Positions 9,501-18,838 of a stretch of DNA of 64,000 nucleotides are shown piece by piece (positions within the stretch are counted from its first letter, which is position 1; each line of letters begins with the position of its first letter). Below the pieces are notes generated by a model, which searched no databases, was not told the DNA's origin, and saw nothing but the letters and a program-made list of their open reading frames with translations. This DNA comes from Prevotella sp. GTDB lineage: Bacteria > Bacteroidota > Bacteroidia > Bacteroidales > Dysgonomonadaceae. The stretch spans positions 32,001 to 96,000 of the forward strand of contig JAITVV010000071.1 in assembly GCA_031285625.1 (NCBI GenBank). Reading direction: 5' to 3'. The translations under genes were made by a program, and so were the position numbers.

Positions 9501-9592
9501 ATCGTGCTATGGCATGGTATGATGTTGCTGAGTTTAAAGCGAAGATTGAAGAAGCTGAGTTAGAATATCTAAACAGTAATGAAGATGAGTGA
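6521..9592 (+). CDS. Large N6-adenine DNA methyltransferase with TRD (Eco57I/Type IIG-like architecture)
   Basis: VYTP, motif I variant FEVAVGSGIFL, YGVDIN, motif IV GNPPW; ATG 6521 preferred because the TTG at 6509 lies within a TATTTTTG promoter box. Confidence 0.9.
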   Translation: MKQNVSLNKFLIQLGLEKVVFFKDEEGVYSSVLHFDIQNKLKLISPDAIYIFNNQPLILFFDLTDNTDDKREDDIHKKVWSFDNSPIAFIIKSNEIKVYNALNYIKNENRLETINLTSDEIINKFSFWNLQSSNVWNWFQEKYIETIQKKETKKRVNERLFQNIRDVRNALIDKNNDPEGSIPNSLILRLIFIRYLIDRNIEIGSEFIDGCDTYSRRLSFSKLLQDPDKLSRLFVKLNDRFNGVLFKGVDIKLTTTQAESLSDIFNGEVPKKNSLFYGSDFYFEIFDFSIIPVEVISGIYESLIDPETRNLQSAVYTPSFLVEYILNDTIDVFLNENNTSECKIFEVAVGSGIFLVQSLRRMIEKEIELKGNLDKEAFSERIRDIAKQNLYGVDINKEALKVTCFSIYIALLDYQEPKNIYKYKFPNLLGENLFEANFFDTKNEFNQVINNARPQYILGNPPWKSNKDDYHIEWLKSNKKTVGRFEIAQSFLLRTKDFMNLDTKVALIITSTIFYNVSKTTRAFKNEFLSTYCISKFFDLSPVRRLIFEEKDSPASVVYYKLSENNDYINNVIDHQSVKINYFLKHFKMLVIEKYDKKKIFQRYFIEYDWMFKVALYGNTLDFVTINKIVENKSKINDYIDNKTIFSGDGILKGTPKPTPFSFLINLPIIENEEVKSYYTNVNIEKTMTLDDTYLESGRKLELFKGEHIYLKSQTLNESDIVVSYNNQTAVNRHDVITITSENEIDKLKEIYALLISDIHTYYQFLTSSAWGVSTRPAIRLKEYKNFPCVTLSTQHQQKLTSLINDFFENFILYYSDEIRSETLPVNKNILKNINKLINELYRINEAEKDLINYVLNVSRYQFQESKQDLIIDFTHTNKNDYRNKETVLKQYAEVFLREIEDIYDNEYIQAEIYSLHHFVAVNFVFHSDPIKERIIYQKNANIIESLEKLGNLSISQIASVTDPTKNLFIQKDIKGFEDNSFYIIKPNEYKCWHRAMAWYDVAEFKAKIEEAELEYLNSNEDE

Positions 9593-10310
9593 AGCTTCAA
9601 ACTTTATTTCTAAGCGTAAACAGCCTCTTTCTCTTAGGCAAAAGAATATCCAAAACATACTTTGGTATATGTTAGAATGTTATAGCATAATCCTAAATGA
9701 AGGAAAAACATACTCATTATCAGATATAAAAAAAAGTAACGTAAAACCTGAAAATTATCTCAGAAATAAATTAGTTGATGAATATTTAAGAAAATATACT
9801 CATCTTTTCAAAGAGAAATTTAAGACTGAATATATATTTTTTGATAAAGACACAGAGGAAACATATATTGATGAAAAAGGTAGTGAATCTACTGATAAAA
9901 TCGACATTTATATAAGAAATAAAGCTTTACAAGATTATTGGTCAAATAAGCCAAATGTTTACTATGCAGTGGAATGTAAAAGAATAAAGGAGTTGTCGGA
10001 TACTCAGAAATACATAAATGAAGATACTGTTGGCAAGTTCATAGAAAGAAAGCATACTGAATTTAGACAACCTATTGAAGGACAGCTAGCTTTTATTGAA
10101 AATTCAGATATAAGTCCGCTTAATATAGTAGATGACATAAATAAAAAACTTTGTAAGAACACCAATACAGAATCTCTTTTATCATCAATCGAAGTGCATG
10201 AAATGCAAAAATGTTGTTTTATATCTAAACATAATCGCAGTTTTAATATCAAAAGTAAGTTTAGTATCTATCATTTACTATTAGATTATTCAGATATTGT
10301 GATAAATTGA
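9579..10310 (+). CDS. Putative PD-(D/E)xK nuclease coupled to the methyltransferase
   Basis: DKIDIYI...YYAVECKRI motif; 14-nt overlap with MTase gene. Confidence 0.65.
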   Translation: MKMSEASNFISKRKQPLSLRQKNIQNILWYMLECYSIILNEGKTYSLSDIKKSNVKPENYLRNKLVDEYLRKYTHLFKEKFKTEYIFFDKDTEETYIDEKGSESTDKIDIYIRNKALQDYWSNKPNVYYAVECKRIKELSDTQKYINEDTVGKFIERKHTEFRQPIEGQLAFIENSDISPLNIVDDINKKLCKNTNTESLLSSIEVHEMQKCCFISKHNRSFNIKSKFSIYHLLLDYSDIVIN

Positions 10311-10412
10311 GGGACGTAAAGTAAGCATTTTCAAAATGTTATAAGTTTCACTAAAATATACCCTTAAAATAATTAATATATTTATAATAAGCAAATTAAT
10401 TGTTAAAATAAA

Positions 10413-10436
10413 TTCTTCAACGAGGATGAGTATTGA
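10413..10436 (+). repeat. attR core = displaced original 3' end of DUF2795 gene (FFNEDEY-TGA)
   Basis: TTC TTC AAC GAG GAT GAG TAT TGA. Confidence 0.92.
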
Positions 10437-10470
10437 TATTAGAAGTTTGTAACAGGCTAAAAATTAGTAT

Positions 10471-10516
10471 AAAAAAGAGATTAGGGTAATTAATAAATTA
10501 CCCTAATCTCTTTTTT
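10471..10516. terminator. Bidirectional host terminator (DUF2795 / uvrA)
   Basis: A6-GAGATTAGGGTAATT...AATTACCCTAATCTC-T6 perfect stem. Confidence 0.9.
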
Positions 10517-10523
10517 CAATTCC

Positions 10524-13310
10524 TCAAAGCTTCTCCTTCAAAAAACGTCCGGTATATGATTTCTCACATTTAGCTATTTGCTCGGGAGTACCTTCACAAA
10601 CCACATAGCCACCTTCTTTTCCTCCCTCAGGGCCTATATCTATAATATGATCGGCACATTTGATCACATCCATATTATGCTCTATGATTACAATAGTATG
10701 CCCTCTCTTAATCAATGAATCAAAAGCCTTTAATAATGTTTTTATATCATGGAAGTGTAAGCCGGTAGTAGGCTCATCAAAAATAAACAATGTTGGCTCA
10801 GGTTTTTCATCTACAAGATGGAAAGCCAGTTTTACACGCTGATTCTCTCCTCCTGACAAAGATGATGAAGACTGTCCCAGTTTTACATATCCAAGTCCGA
10901 CATCTTGCAATGGCTTCAAACGTTTCACTATCTTCTTTTCAGTACTGCCCTTTCCTTCTTCAAAGAACTCTATAGCCTGGTCGATAGTCATATCCAAAAC
11001 ATCATAGATACTTGCTCCCCGATATTGTACATCCAGTATATCCTGCTTGAAACGCTTGCCTTTGCAGACCTCGCATTCGAGCAATACATCTGCCATAAAC
11101 TGCATCTCAACGAGTATCTTTCCTTCTCCGGCGCACTCTTCACAGCGTCCGCCTTCTACATTGAATGAAAAATAAGCAGGAGTAAAATGCATCTGCTTAG
11201 CTAAAGGTTGCTCGGCAAATAATTTGCGAATCTCATCATAAGCCTTTATATAAGTAACAGGATTTGACCGCGATGACCGTCCTATTGGATTCTGGTCAAC
11301 CATTTCTATTTCTTTGATCAGGTTGAGATCTCCTGCAATACTATTGTATTGCACAATCTGATCACCTTTCCCTTTGTAATGACGTTCCAGGGCAGTATAG
11401 AATACATCAGTAACAAGAGATGACTTACCTGACCCACTTACTCCCGTAACAACAGTCATCACATTAAGCGGGAACTTTACATCAATATTTTTCAGGTTAT
11501 TCTGTCTTGCTCCTTTTACTTCAATGTAATTATTCCATTTACGGCGAACTTTCGGAATATCTATTTTTTCTTCTCCATTCAGATAACGGACAGTATAACT
11601 TTCTGTATGTTTTTGAAGACCCTTGATATCTCCCTGATAAACGACTTCCCCACCCAGACGTCCGGCTTTAGGACCGATATCGATTATATAATCGGCGGCA
11701 AGGATAATCTCTTCATCATGTTCTACCACAATCACTGTGTTCCCTATCGACTTCAGTTCCTGTAGTACATTGATTAACAAATCCGTATCGCGCGAATGAA
11801 GCCCGATACTGGGTTCATCTAGAATATATAAAGATCCTACAAGGCTGCTACCCAGAGACGTCGCCAGATTGATACGCTGGCTTTCACCTCCCGAAAGAGA
11901 GTTTGACAAACGATTAAGTGTAAGATAACCCAACCCTACGTTTACCAGATACTGTATACGTACATTTATATCAGTCAACAGGCGTTTGGCTATTGCAGCA
12001 TCCGTTTCGTTTAATTCAAGTTTCTGAAAAAATTCCTTCAACTCAGATATTGGCATCAGTACAAGATCTGCAATGGTACTACCCCCTACCCTAACATATA
12101 ATGCCTGCGGTTTCAGGCGGGAACCTTTACAAGCAGGACAGGTAGTTTTACCGCGATAGCGGGCCAACATTACCCTGTACTGTATTTTATACTGATTCTC
12201 TTCTACCATCCTGAAGAAATCATCTATACTATGCAAGCCTCTGGCTCCATGCCACAACAGATCTCTTTCTTTATCCGATAACTCAAAATAAGGACGATGA
12301 ACAGGAAAATCATATTTACCAGCTGCATGAATAAAATCACGCTTCCATTCGCTCATCTTTTCACCCTTCCAGCACACGACAGCATCCTCATATACCGAAA
12401 GGCTTTTGTTAGGAACAACCAAGTCTTCATCGATTCCCATTACACGTCCAAATCCTTCACAAACAGGACAAGCGCCTACAGGGCTATTAAAGCTGAACAT
12501 AAGATCGGAAGGTTCTTCGAATTGTATACCATCTGCTTCAAAATGTCGTGAAAAATCAAAAGACTCAATTTTATCACCTATATAAAAACGTACAAAACAA
12601 TCTCCCTCTCCTTCAAAGAATGCGGTTTCTATCGACTCCGAAAAGCGACTTATATTGGCGGCATCCTTATCACATGTAAGACGGTCAATCAAAAGGAGCA
12701 TCTCGTCCGGTTTATGCTTTTCTTTAGAAGCAAGAACATCCTCTATCCTTTCAAATTTTCCGAGAATTTCTACACGGGAGAAACCTTCTTTGGAAAGGAT
12801 TTCCAATTGTTCTTCGAGTGTACGGTCGTCCCGGAGAATTATCTTTGTTAGTATTGCCAAACGTGTTTCCTCAGGATAAGAGAGCATTTTCTCAACAATA
12901 TCACTGACCTGATGCTTTTTAACAATCTGACCTGAAACTGGAGAGATAGTTTTACCCACACGGGCAAATAACAGCCGCAAGTATTCGTATATCTCAGTGG
13001 ATGTACCTACGGTAGATCGCGGATTACGCGCACTTACTCGTTGCTCGATCGCAATTGCAGGAGGTATCCCTTTTATATAATCACTTTCGGGTTTGTTCAT
13101 TCTTCCAAGGAACTGACGCGCATAGGAAGACAAGCTCTCCACATAACGGCGCTGACCTTCGGCATATAATGTGTCAAATGCTAAAGAAGACTTTCCCGAA
13201 CCCGATAAACCTGCTATAACAACAAATTTATTGCGAGGTATTTCTACGTCAATATTTTTCAGGTTATTAACCCGTGCTCCCTTTATAAATATATTTTTTT
13301 CCTCTGACAT
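10524..13310 (-). CDS. uvrA: Excinuclease ABC subunit A
   Basis: Two ABC ATPase modules ([17 protein letters not shown]; GVSGSGKSS) and CxxC zinc fingers. Confidence 0.97.
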   Translation of the reverse strand: MSEEKNIFIKGARVNNLKNIDVEIPRNKFVVIAGLSGSGKSSLAFDTLYAEGQRRYVESLSSYARQFLGRMNKPESDYIKGIPPAIAIEQRVSARNPRSTVGTSTEIYEYLRLLFARVGKTISPVSGQIVKKHQVSDIVEKMLSYPEETRLAILTKIILRDDRTLEEQLEILSKEGFSRVEILGKFERIEDVLASKEKHKPDEMLLLIDRLTCDKDAANISRFSESIETAFFEGEGDCFVRFYIGDKIESFDFSRHFEADGIQFEEPSDLMFSFNSPVGACPVCEGFGRVMGIDEDLVVPNKSLSVYEDAVVCWKGEKMSEWKRDFIHAAGKYDFPVHRPYFELSDKERDLLWHGARGLHSIDDFFRMVEENQYKIQYRVMLARYRGKTTCPACKGSRLKPQALYVRVGGSTIADLVLMPISELKEFFQKLELNETDAAIAKRLLTDINVRIQYLVNVGLGYLTLNRLSNSLSGGESQRINLATSLGSSLVGSLYILDEPSIGLHSRDTDLLINVLQELKSIGNTVIVVEHDEEIILAADYIIDIGPKAGRLGGEVVYQGDIKGLQKHTESYTVRYLNGEEKIDIPKVRRKWNNYIEVKGARQNNLKNIDVKFPLNVMTVVTGVSGSGKSSLVTDVFYTALERHYKGKGDQIVQYNSIAGDLNLIKEIEMVDQNPIGRSSRSNPVTYIKAYDEIRKLFAEQPLAKQMHFTPAYFSFNVEGGRCEECAGEGKILVEMQFMADVLLECEVCKGKRFKQDILDVQYRGASIYDVLDMTIDQAIEFFEEGKGSTEKKIVKRLKPLQDVGLGYVKLGQSSSSLSGGENQRVKLAFHLVDEKPEPTLFIFDEPTTGLHFHDIKTLLKAFDSLIKRGHTIVIIEHNMDVIKCADHIIDIGPEGGKEGGYVVCEGTPEQIAKCEKSYTGRFLKEKL

Positions 13311-13570
13311 ATCTTTTTCAAAAAATGGCTACAAAAATACGAAAAAATAAGTGTATTCTTATACTCATTACAAACTTTGACATTCAAGATAAATACTCTT
13401 TACTTTTTAGCTATCAGAATTATAAATCCAGGCAGTCAGGTTCATCAATACAACTGGCTTAGTATATGATTGAAGTTCTCGAAATAAGTTATGAACAACG
13501 ATCCTTTTTGTAATTTGCATACAGCTTCTATTTGCTTTATCTTTGTATCTCACAAAAAAATTAACACGAA

Positions 13571-13900
13571 ATGGAAGAAACTCCAAATTGTCCTGTATGT
13601 AGCATGGAAAATACATACTTTGATGGTACTGCATTTATTTGTCCTGACTGTTTTCATGAATGGACAGACCATGCAACTGATGAAACTGAGGATACAACAC
13701 CTAAAGATAGTAATGGGGCAGAGCTTTTTGACGGTGATGCTGTTACAGTAATTAAAGACCTGAAAGTAAAAGGGTCATCTATGGTTATCAAGCGTGGTAC
13801 AAAAGTAAGAAGTATTCGTTTGACTGAGGAACCTACAGAAGTAGACTGCAAAATAGACGGTTCAAGTATTGTACTGAAAACCTGTTTTTTAAAGAAATAA
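13571..13900 (+). CDS. yjdM: PhnA/YjdM zinc-ribbon protein
   Basis: CPVC..ENTY..CPDCFHEW, DSNGAELFDGDAVTVIKDLKVKG. Confidence 0.9.
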   Translation: MEETPNCPVCSMENTYFDGTAFICPDCFHEWTDHATDETEDTTPKDSNGAELFDGDAVTVIKDLKVKGSSMVIKRGTKVRSIRLTEEPTEVDCKIDGSSIVLKTCFLKK

Positions 13901-13909
13901 TTATTTTAT

Positions 13910-14401
13910 ATGTTTATAGATAAATGGTGGGGAAATTATATTGGGGGTTCTGACGATTCTTTTTTATTGTTAGACTATTTCGGCACCAGGAATTCTACAG
14001 TTTTCAATTTAAATGATATTTTACAAGAAACAGGGCTTAGTGATTTATTGATAAGTGGAGGGTTGGAAAACGGCGATCTTTCTTTTCAGGTGAAGGAAGG
14101 ATATGTTCCACACTTCGATATGACGATAGATGTATTGATCGATTTATCCGCAATAGTTATAGAATGTTTACATAATCAGCGTGTTGCAATTAAGGATTTA
14201 GATAATTCATCTAACTATTCAAATACAATATCAATTTCTGCAAAACCAGAGGATCTGATGTTACTAACTAACGGTTTGGATAACTTTATCAAGAATCCTA
14301 AATCATATGAGCTATCTGATATGATGGATGAAGAAAGCCTTTCAGAACTGCTTGCAGATTGTAATGAAGTCTGCGAATCTCTCAGAAAATATATTTTATA
14401 A
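13910..14401 (+). CDS. Imm68-like putative immunity protein
   Basis: N-terminal MFIDKWWGNYIGGSDDS signature; acidic protein. Confidence 0.7.
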   Translation: MFIDKWWGNYIGGSDDSFLLLDYFGTRNSTVFNLNDILQETGLSDLLISGGLENGDLSFQVKEGYVPHFDMTIDVLIDLSAIVIECLHNQRVAIKDLDNSSNYSNTISISAKPEDLMLLTNGLDNFIKNPKSYELSDMMDEESLSELLADCNEVCESLRKYIL

Positions 14402-14416
14402 TGCTGGTATAAAAAG

Positions 14417-15241
14417 ATGCAATACGAATTATTCACACAGTATAAATACAAGTTCTTCAGCCTGGGTAGTGGTAGCAGTGGAAATTGTTATTATCTGGGG
14501 ACTAATGAATACGGTATTCTTATTGATGCCGGTATAGGTATTCGTGCTATTCAGAAGGCATTAAGGGAATATGGTGTGTCTTTCAGCAAAATAATGGCCA
14601 TACTTATTACACACGATCATGCTGACCACATAAAAACTGTTGGTTGTTTAGGTGATAAGTTTAATATTCCAGTGTATACAACAGAGACAGTTCATCAGGG
14701 TATACACAGAAACAGGGCTGTTCGGGCCAGTTTAATTAATTCAAGAAGAATTATAGAAAAAGACATTCCCTTTTCTATTAAAGATTTCGAAATAACAGCT
14801 TTCGAAGTCCCTCACGACAGTATTGATAATGTTGGTTACCGGATCCGGTTTGAAGGTCAAACTTTTGTGCTGGTTACTGATGTCGGTCGTATTACTGACA
14901 AAATAAGAAAATATGCCAGTGAAGCTAATCATTTGGTTATAGAAGCCAATTATGATGAATATATGTTGCAGACAGGCAAATATCCGTATTACTTGAAACA
15001 GCGTATAGTTAATGGAATGGGACATTTGAGCAACCGCTTATCTGCAGAATTTATAGTAAGTATATACAATAAGAACTTACAGAATATATGGCTTTGTCAT
15101 CTCAGTCAGGATAATAATCATCCTGAAATTGCATTTAAAACTGTGGAAAAGGCATTATTTACGAATGGAATAAAAGTGGGTATAAATGTAAGGCTTGAAA
15201 CATTGAGCCGCTATAAAGTATCGGGATTGAGAGAGTTCTGA
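14417..15241 (+). CDS. MBL-fold metallo-hydrolase (YycJ/WalJ-like)
   Basis: LGSGSSGN, THDHADH, VPHD, EANYD, GHLSN, HLSQDNN. Confidence 0.92.
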   Translation: MQYELFTQYKYKFFSLGSGSSGNCYYLGTNEYGILIDAGIGIRAIQKALREYGVSFSKIMAILITHDHADHIKTVGCLGDKFNIPVYTTETVHQGIHRNRAVRASLINSRRIIEKDIPFSIKDFEITAFEVPHDSIDNVGYRIRFEGQTFVLVTDVGRITDKIRKYASEANHLVIEANYDEYMLQTGKYPYYLKQRIVNGMGHLSNRLSAEFIVSIYNKNLQNIWLCHLSQDNNHPEIAFKTVEKALFTNGIKVGINVRLETLSRYKVSGLREF

Positions 15242-15311
15242 ATAAATATTATTCTTATATCAGAATATTTTATATTTTTACTGTATCGATAACTTACAAT
15301 AAACTAATACT

Positions 15312-15668
15312 ATGAATACCTCTTCTCGAAAATGGTTTAACCGCATTTTTAAAGGAGCATCGCTGGCTACAGTGGCAATGGCTTTCCAGGCATGTTATGG
15401 CGCCCCCCGTGATTTTGGTATGGATCAATATATTGATGGGGTTGTATTAAGTGCTGAAGGTGAGCCTTTGCAGGGTGTACTTGTATCTATAGACGATACA
15501 ATACAGCATACTCAAACCGATGCAGAAGGAAAATTTCAATTTTATATTTCCCGCAAAGATGAGTATAAACTATCTTTCTCGGATGATAAAGGAAATAATC
15601 TGAATAAAGATACTACTCTTACAGACCGGCGTGGAGGAATTTATTTAACTATAAATGTAGAAAAATAA
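15312..15668 (+). CDS. Radical SAM-associated lipoprotein with carboxypeptidase-regulatory-like domain
   Basis: Lipobox FQAC followed by YGAP; GVVLSAEGEPLQGVLV..TDAEGKF; abuts rSAM gene. Confidence 0.75.
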   Translation: MNTSSRKWFNRIFKGASLATVAMAFQACYGAPRDFGMDQYIDGVVLSAEGEPLQGVLVSIDDTIQHTQTDAEGKFQFYISRKDEYKLSFSDDKGNNLNKDTTLTDRRGGIYLTINVEK

Positions 15669-16724
15669 ATGTTCTTGGATCGTTTTAAACAATCATTACA
15701 TATAAAGGCAAAAGAGATTGAACACAAGCAACACAATCTCTTTTATCTTTTCTGGGAGTGTACACAGCGCTGTAATCTCTCATGTCTGCACTGTGGTAGT
15801 GATTGCGTATCCGATTCGAAATATAAGGATATGCCAAAAGAGGATTTCTTTAAGGTACTCGATGGTATCAATGAGTATCCCCATGATCATATTACTGTAA
15901 TTGTTACAGGAGGGGAACCTCTGGTAAGGAAAGACCTAGAAGAATGTGGTTTTGAAATACGCAGGCGGGGATTTCGATGGGGAATTGTTACCAATGGATA
16001 TGCTTATACTAAAGAGCGTCATATTTCGCTTCTAAATGCAGGAATGGGTTCTATCACTCTCAGTTTTGATGGGTTGAGTGATACACACAACTGGTTGCGA
16101 AACAATCCTAAAAGCTTCGAAAGGACAGTGAATGCACTTCAACTTATATCTGCCTCTGAACGCTTAACATCGGATGTAGTAACGTGTGTAAACAAGCAGA
16201 ATATTTCTCAGCTCGAAGAAATCTATCAATTGATTCAGCTAAACGGAGGCAAAGCTTGGCGCTTGTTTACCATTACACCTATTGGCAGAGCAAAGAACAA
16301 CGAAGATATGCTGCTCAGTGCGGATGAGTTTACATATCTGATGGAGTTTATCAAGGTGAAAAGAAAATCCGGAGGGATGAATATAAAGTTTAGCTGTGAA
16401 GGATATGTCGGCCGATACGAAGGTGAAGTACGGGAAGGTTATTTCTTTTGCAGGGCAGGTGTTAATGTGGCCTCTGTCTTAATCGATGGGAGTATAGGCG
16501 CTTGTCCGAATATAAACCGCAGCTTTACGCAGGGCAATATCTATAGAGATAACTTTATGGATGTATGGAACAATCGTTATGAACTATATAGAAATCGTAA
16601 CTGGACCAAAACAGGGCAATGCGCTTCATGCAAAGAATATAAGTACTGCAATGGAAATGGTATGCACTACTGGACTGAAAACAAAGACAATGTATTAACC
16701 TGCCATTATAATCTGATAAAATAA
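15669..16724 (+). CDS. Radical SAM/SPASM protein (TIGR04133-like rSAM/lipoprotein system)
   Basis: CNLSCLHC, TGGEPL, SPASM cysteines CRAG..GACP..CASC..YCNGNG..C. Confidence 0.88.
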   Translation: MFLDRFKQSLHIKAKEIEHKQHNLFYLFWECTQRCNLSCLHCGSDCVSDSKYKDMPKEDFFKVLDGINEYPHDHITVIVTGGEPLVRKDLEECGFEIRRRGFRWGIVTNGYAYTKERHISLLNAGMGSITLSFDGLSDTHNWLRNNPKSFERTVNALQLISASERLTSDVVTCVNKQNISQLEEIYQLIQLNGGKAWRLFTITPIGRAKNNEDMLLSADEFTYLMEFIKVKRKSGGMNIKFSCEGYVGRYEGEVREGYFFCRAGVNVASVLIDGSIGACPNINRSFTQGNIYRDNFMDVWNNRYELYRNRNWTKTGQCASCKEYKYCNGNGMHYWTENKDNVLTCHYNLIK

Positions 16725-16801
16725 TTGTTGTGAAACAATTTGATATTTAGTTTTGTTTATTTAGTCATAGAGAGTATTGATAAACTTAAAGAAGTACCAT
16801 T

Positions 16802-16969
16802 ATGACTGATAAAGATAAGAAAGAGCATAACTCTATGCTGGATAACAGACTGGGTACACCCATGAAAAAAGCCGAAGGATTGAGCAGTGATATGAAAAAA
16901 GCCGAATCGGAACATTTACATGCTTTTCGTGATGACGTAAATATCAATGATAAAGAAGATAAGCTATAG
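16802..16969 (+). CDS. Small hydrophilic hypothetical protein (55 aa), absent from ORF track
   Basis: MTDKDKKEHNSMLDNRLGTPMKKAEGLSSDMKKAESEHLHAFRDDVNINDKEDKL*, immediately followed by a terminator. Confidence 0.55.
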   Translation: MTDKDKKEHNSMLDNRLGTPMKKAEGLSSDMKKAESEHLHAFRDDVNINDKEDKL

Positions 16970-17009
16970 AATAATGGTGCTATTTAGACTTCTAAATAGC
17001 ACCATTATT
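16970..17009. terminator. Bidirectional terminator
   Basis: AATAATGGTGCTATTTAGA / TCTAAATAGCACCATTATT perfect inverted repeat. Confidence 0.85.
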
Positions 17010-17035
17010 AAAATATGACTTCATTAATTAATGCT

Positions 17036-18838
17036 CTATTTAGCAGCTAGCTGAATAAGCTTCAAACGAGCTTCGAGCAGCTTTTCAGGTTCTCTGACAA
17101 ATTGAGTTCCACTGCTAACTATTTCAGCACAAATAGTCTGTGTCTGAGCTAAATTCTTTTTTGCGGCCAATGCCAGTATTTCATAATCTTCGAAACTATC
17201 ACGTACAGAGGTAGATCGCGGCCCTTCATAAACAGAATGATTTTCTTTGTCCGGATATACCAACCAGCCATCCCCAGCTGCTCCTTCGCAGTACATGTCT
17301 GCAAATGGTTGGTTTGGATTTTTAGCCTGGCCGTATAGATTCCATGCCCAATGTAGATACCCTGTTATTTTTCGCTGCCACAGATACCAACCTATCACAC
17401 GCGAACTTAGTAAAGGATAATCGGCAATACGTGTCATAAAATCGTCCATCTGCGGATTGACGCATGTGTAAGTCCAGAGCTCCTGATTGGGTCTTTCTCC
17501 AATGGCATCGTAGCCCGAACGGTCTTCTTCATAATAATTTATTTGTGGACAGAAAATACTCAGGTCATCAGCAAACCAATCTTTTTGCCTGCTGCCTGCA
17601 TCTACAGTCCTCACCATAGGCATTTCCCGCAATATCCGGTTGTACATTTCGTTAATGGCTACATGTTGTACTGTTACCATCGGTTCATCTTGTACATGTT
17701 GTATCCACATTTTTTCCCAACCTTTTGCTTTCAGGTGATTATACAGCAGGGGTATAAATTGGTCAAAGTATGATTGTGCTTCAGGTGAATCAACGGCAAC
17801 CCGCGCAAACTTTGCTTTCCCATTTTCTCCCTTGTGTATAATTTTTGCAACCAGTGAGGTATTATAAGGATCTTCAGAACCATTCCAGTTCATCTCATAC
17901 CAATGCTCACCTTCCAGATTCTTTATAGAACCATTATCTATGAAAGCCTGGATATATCGATCGAAGCTTTTGAATGTAAAGTTCATTTTACCATCCGAAT
18001 TGAAGGTAGCATCAGATAAAAGCAAACCTAATGGTACCATAATGGTATTTTGTCGCTCTTTCTTCATCACCTTTGCAAAGTTGGACATAAGAGTAAAGAA
18101 ATTATTATCCAATTGATTAACTGACCAGCAAACATTATAAGTTTCATTTACTTCGCCTGACCACCAGTGAAAAGGAGTAATCCAGTTAGTATAAGAGAAT
18201 TGAGAATCCTTAGGATCTGGTAATACAACATCATGTACAGTTATTGTAATGGGAATCTTTCCCAATTCATTTTCTCCAGATGACAGAACTGCAGTAGTGT
18301 TATATGTCCCAGCTGGAGTTGAAGATGTACTTGTGGCCTCAATAGCGATACCATAACTTCTGTTTTGATCCACATTTCCGATTGCATTTATAGTATAATA
18401 TTCAGGAAAATAAGCTGGTGAATCTCTCCGTTTATAGGTAGATTTTATACCGGCATGCTCTCCTGTAAAACCATACGATGATTTTGAATTAAGGACAAGA
18501 CTGATTGGCATTGCTTTAATCTTTGGCGCATCAGATTCAGCGAAAGGTTCAATCTCAATCTTTACATCACTTAATTTTTCAGGAGAACGTAAAGCTATTT
18601 GCATAGACTCACTTTCGTTTCTCACCATTTCTATTTGCAACTGTTTTGCTGATTGTTCAGAAGGTTTTAGGTCATGAAAAATATCAATAAGTGAATTTTC
18701 GACCCATAAATCAACATTTTCCACTTCACCTGATCCGTTTCCATTACTATTTCCAGCGTCATTTTCCTTATCACTACAGTTGATGAATGATAAAATCGTA
18801 AAAAGAATTAAAAATCCCATTTTGTTCATGTTATCCAT
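17036..18838 (-). CDS. Lipoprotein glycoside hydrolase, GH123-like / DUF4091 domain
   Basis: Lipobox FINC; RNESESMQIA, HVQDEP catalytic DE pair, WTYTC, GYLHWAWN, GDGWLVYP, RDSFEDYE. Confidence 0.75.
   Translation of the reverse strand: MDNMNKMGFLILFTILSFINCSDKENDAGNSNGNGSGEVENVDLWVENSLIDIFHDLKPSEQSAKQLQIEMVRNESESMQIALRSPEKLSDVKIEIEPFAESDAPKIKAMPISLVLNSKSSYGFTGEHAGIKSTYKRRDSPAYFPEYYTINAIGNVDQNRSYGIAIEATSTSSTPAGTYNTTAVLSSGENELGKIPITITVHDVVLPDPKDSQFSYTNWITPFHWWSGEVNETYNVCWSVNQLDNNFFTLMSNFAKVMKKERQNTIMVPLGLLLSDATFNSDGKMNFTFKSFDRYIQAFIDNGSIKNLEGEHWYEMNWNGSEDPYNTSLVAKIIHKGENGKAKFARVAVDSPEAQSYFDQFIPLLYNHLKAKGWEKMWIQHVQDEPMVTVQHVAINEMYNRILREMPMVRTVDAGSRQKDWFADDLSIFCPQINYYEEDRSGYDAIGERPNQELWTYTCVNPQMDDFMTRIADYPLLSSRVIGWYLWQRKITGYLHWAWNLYGQAKNPNQPFADMYCEGAAGDGWLVYPDKENHSVYEGPRSTSVRDSFEDYEILALAAKKNLAQTQTICAEIVSSGTQFVREPEKLLEARLKLIQLAAK

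Larger units (their letters stand above)
386..10434. mobile_element. ~10 kb integrative element (tyrosine integrase, Xis, Rep, resolvase, MTase/nuclease cargo)
   Basis: Bounded by 22-bp direct repeats matching the DUF2795 3' end; integrase next to left end; visibly more AT-rich than flanking uvrA. Confidence 0.92.

Noticed and set aside
6521-10310. BREX, DISARM or Type I RM assignment
   Set aside because: No PglZ/BrxC, DrmA/B, HsdR or HsdS genes inside the att-bounded element
568-10310. Prophage or conjugative transposon
   Set aside because: No structural, terminase, lysis or tra genes
10660-13751. Short ORFs antisense or out-of-frame to uvrA and yjdM
   Set aside because: Shadow ORFs of well-supported genes; the same applies to similar short ORFs across the window
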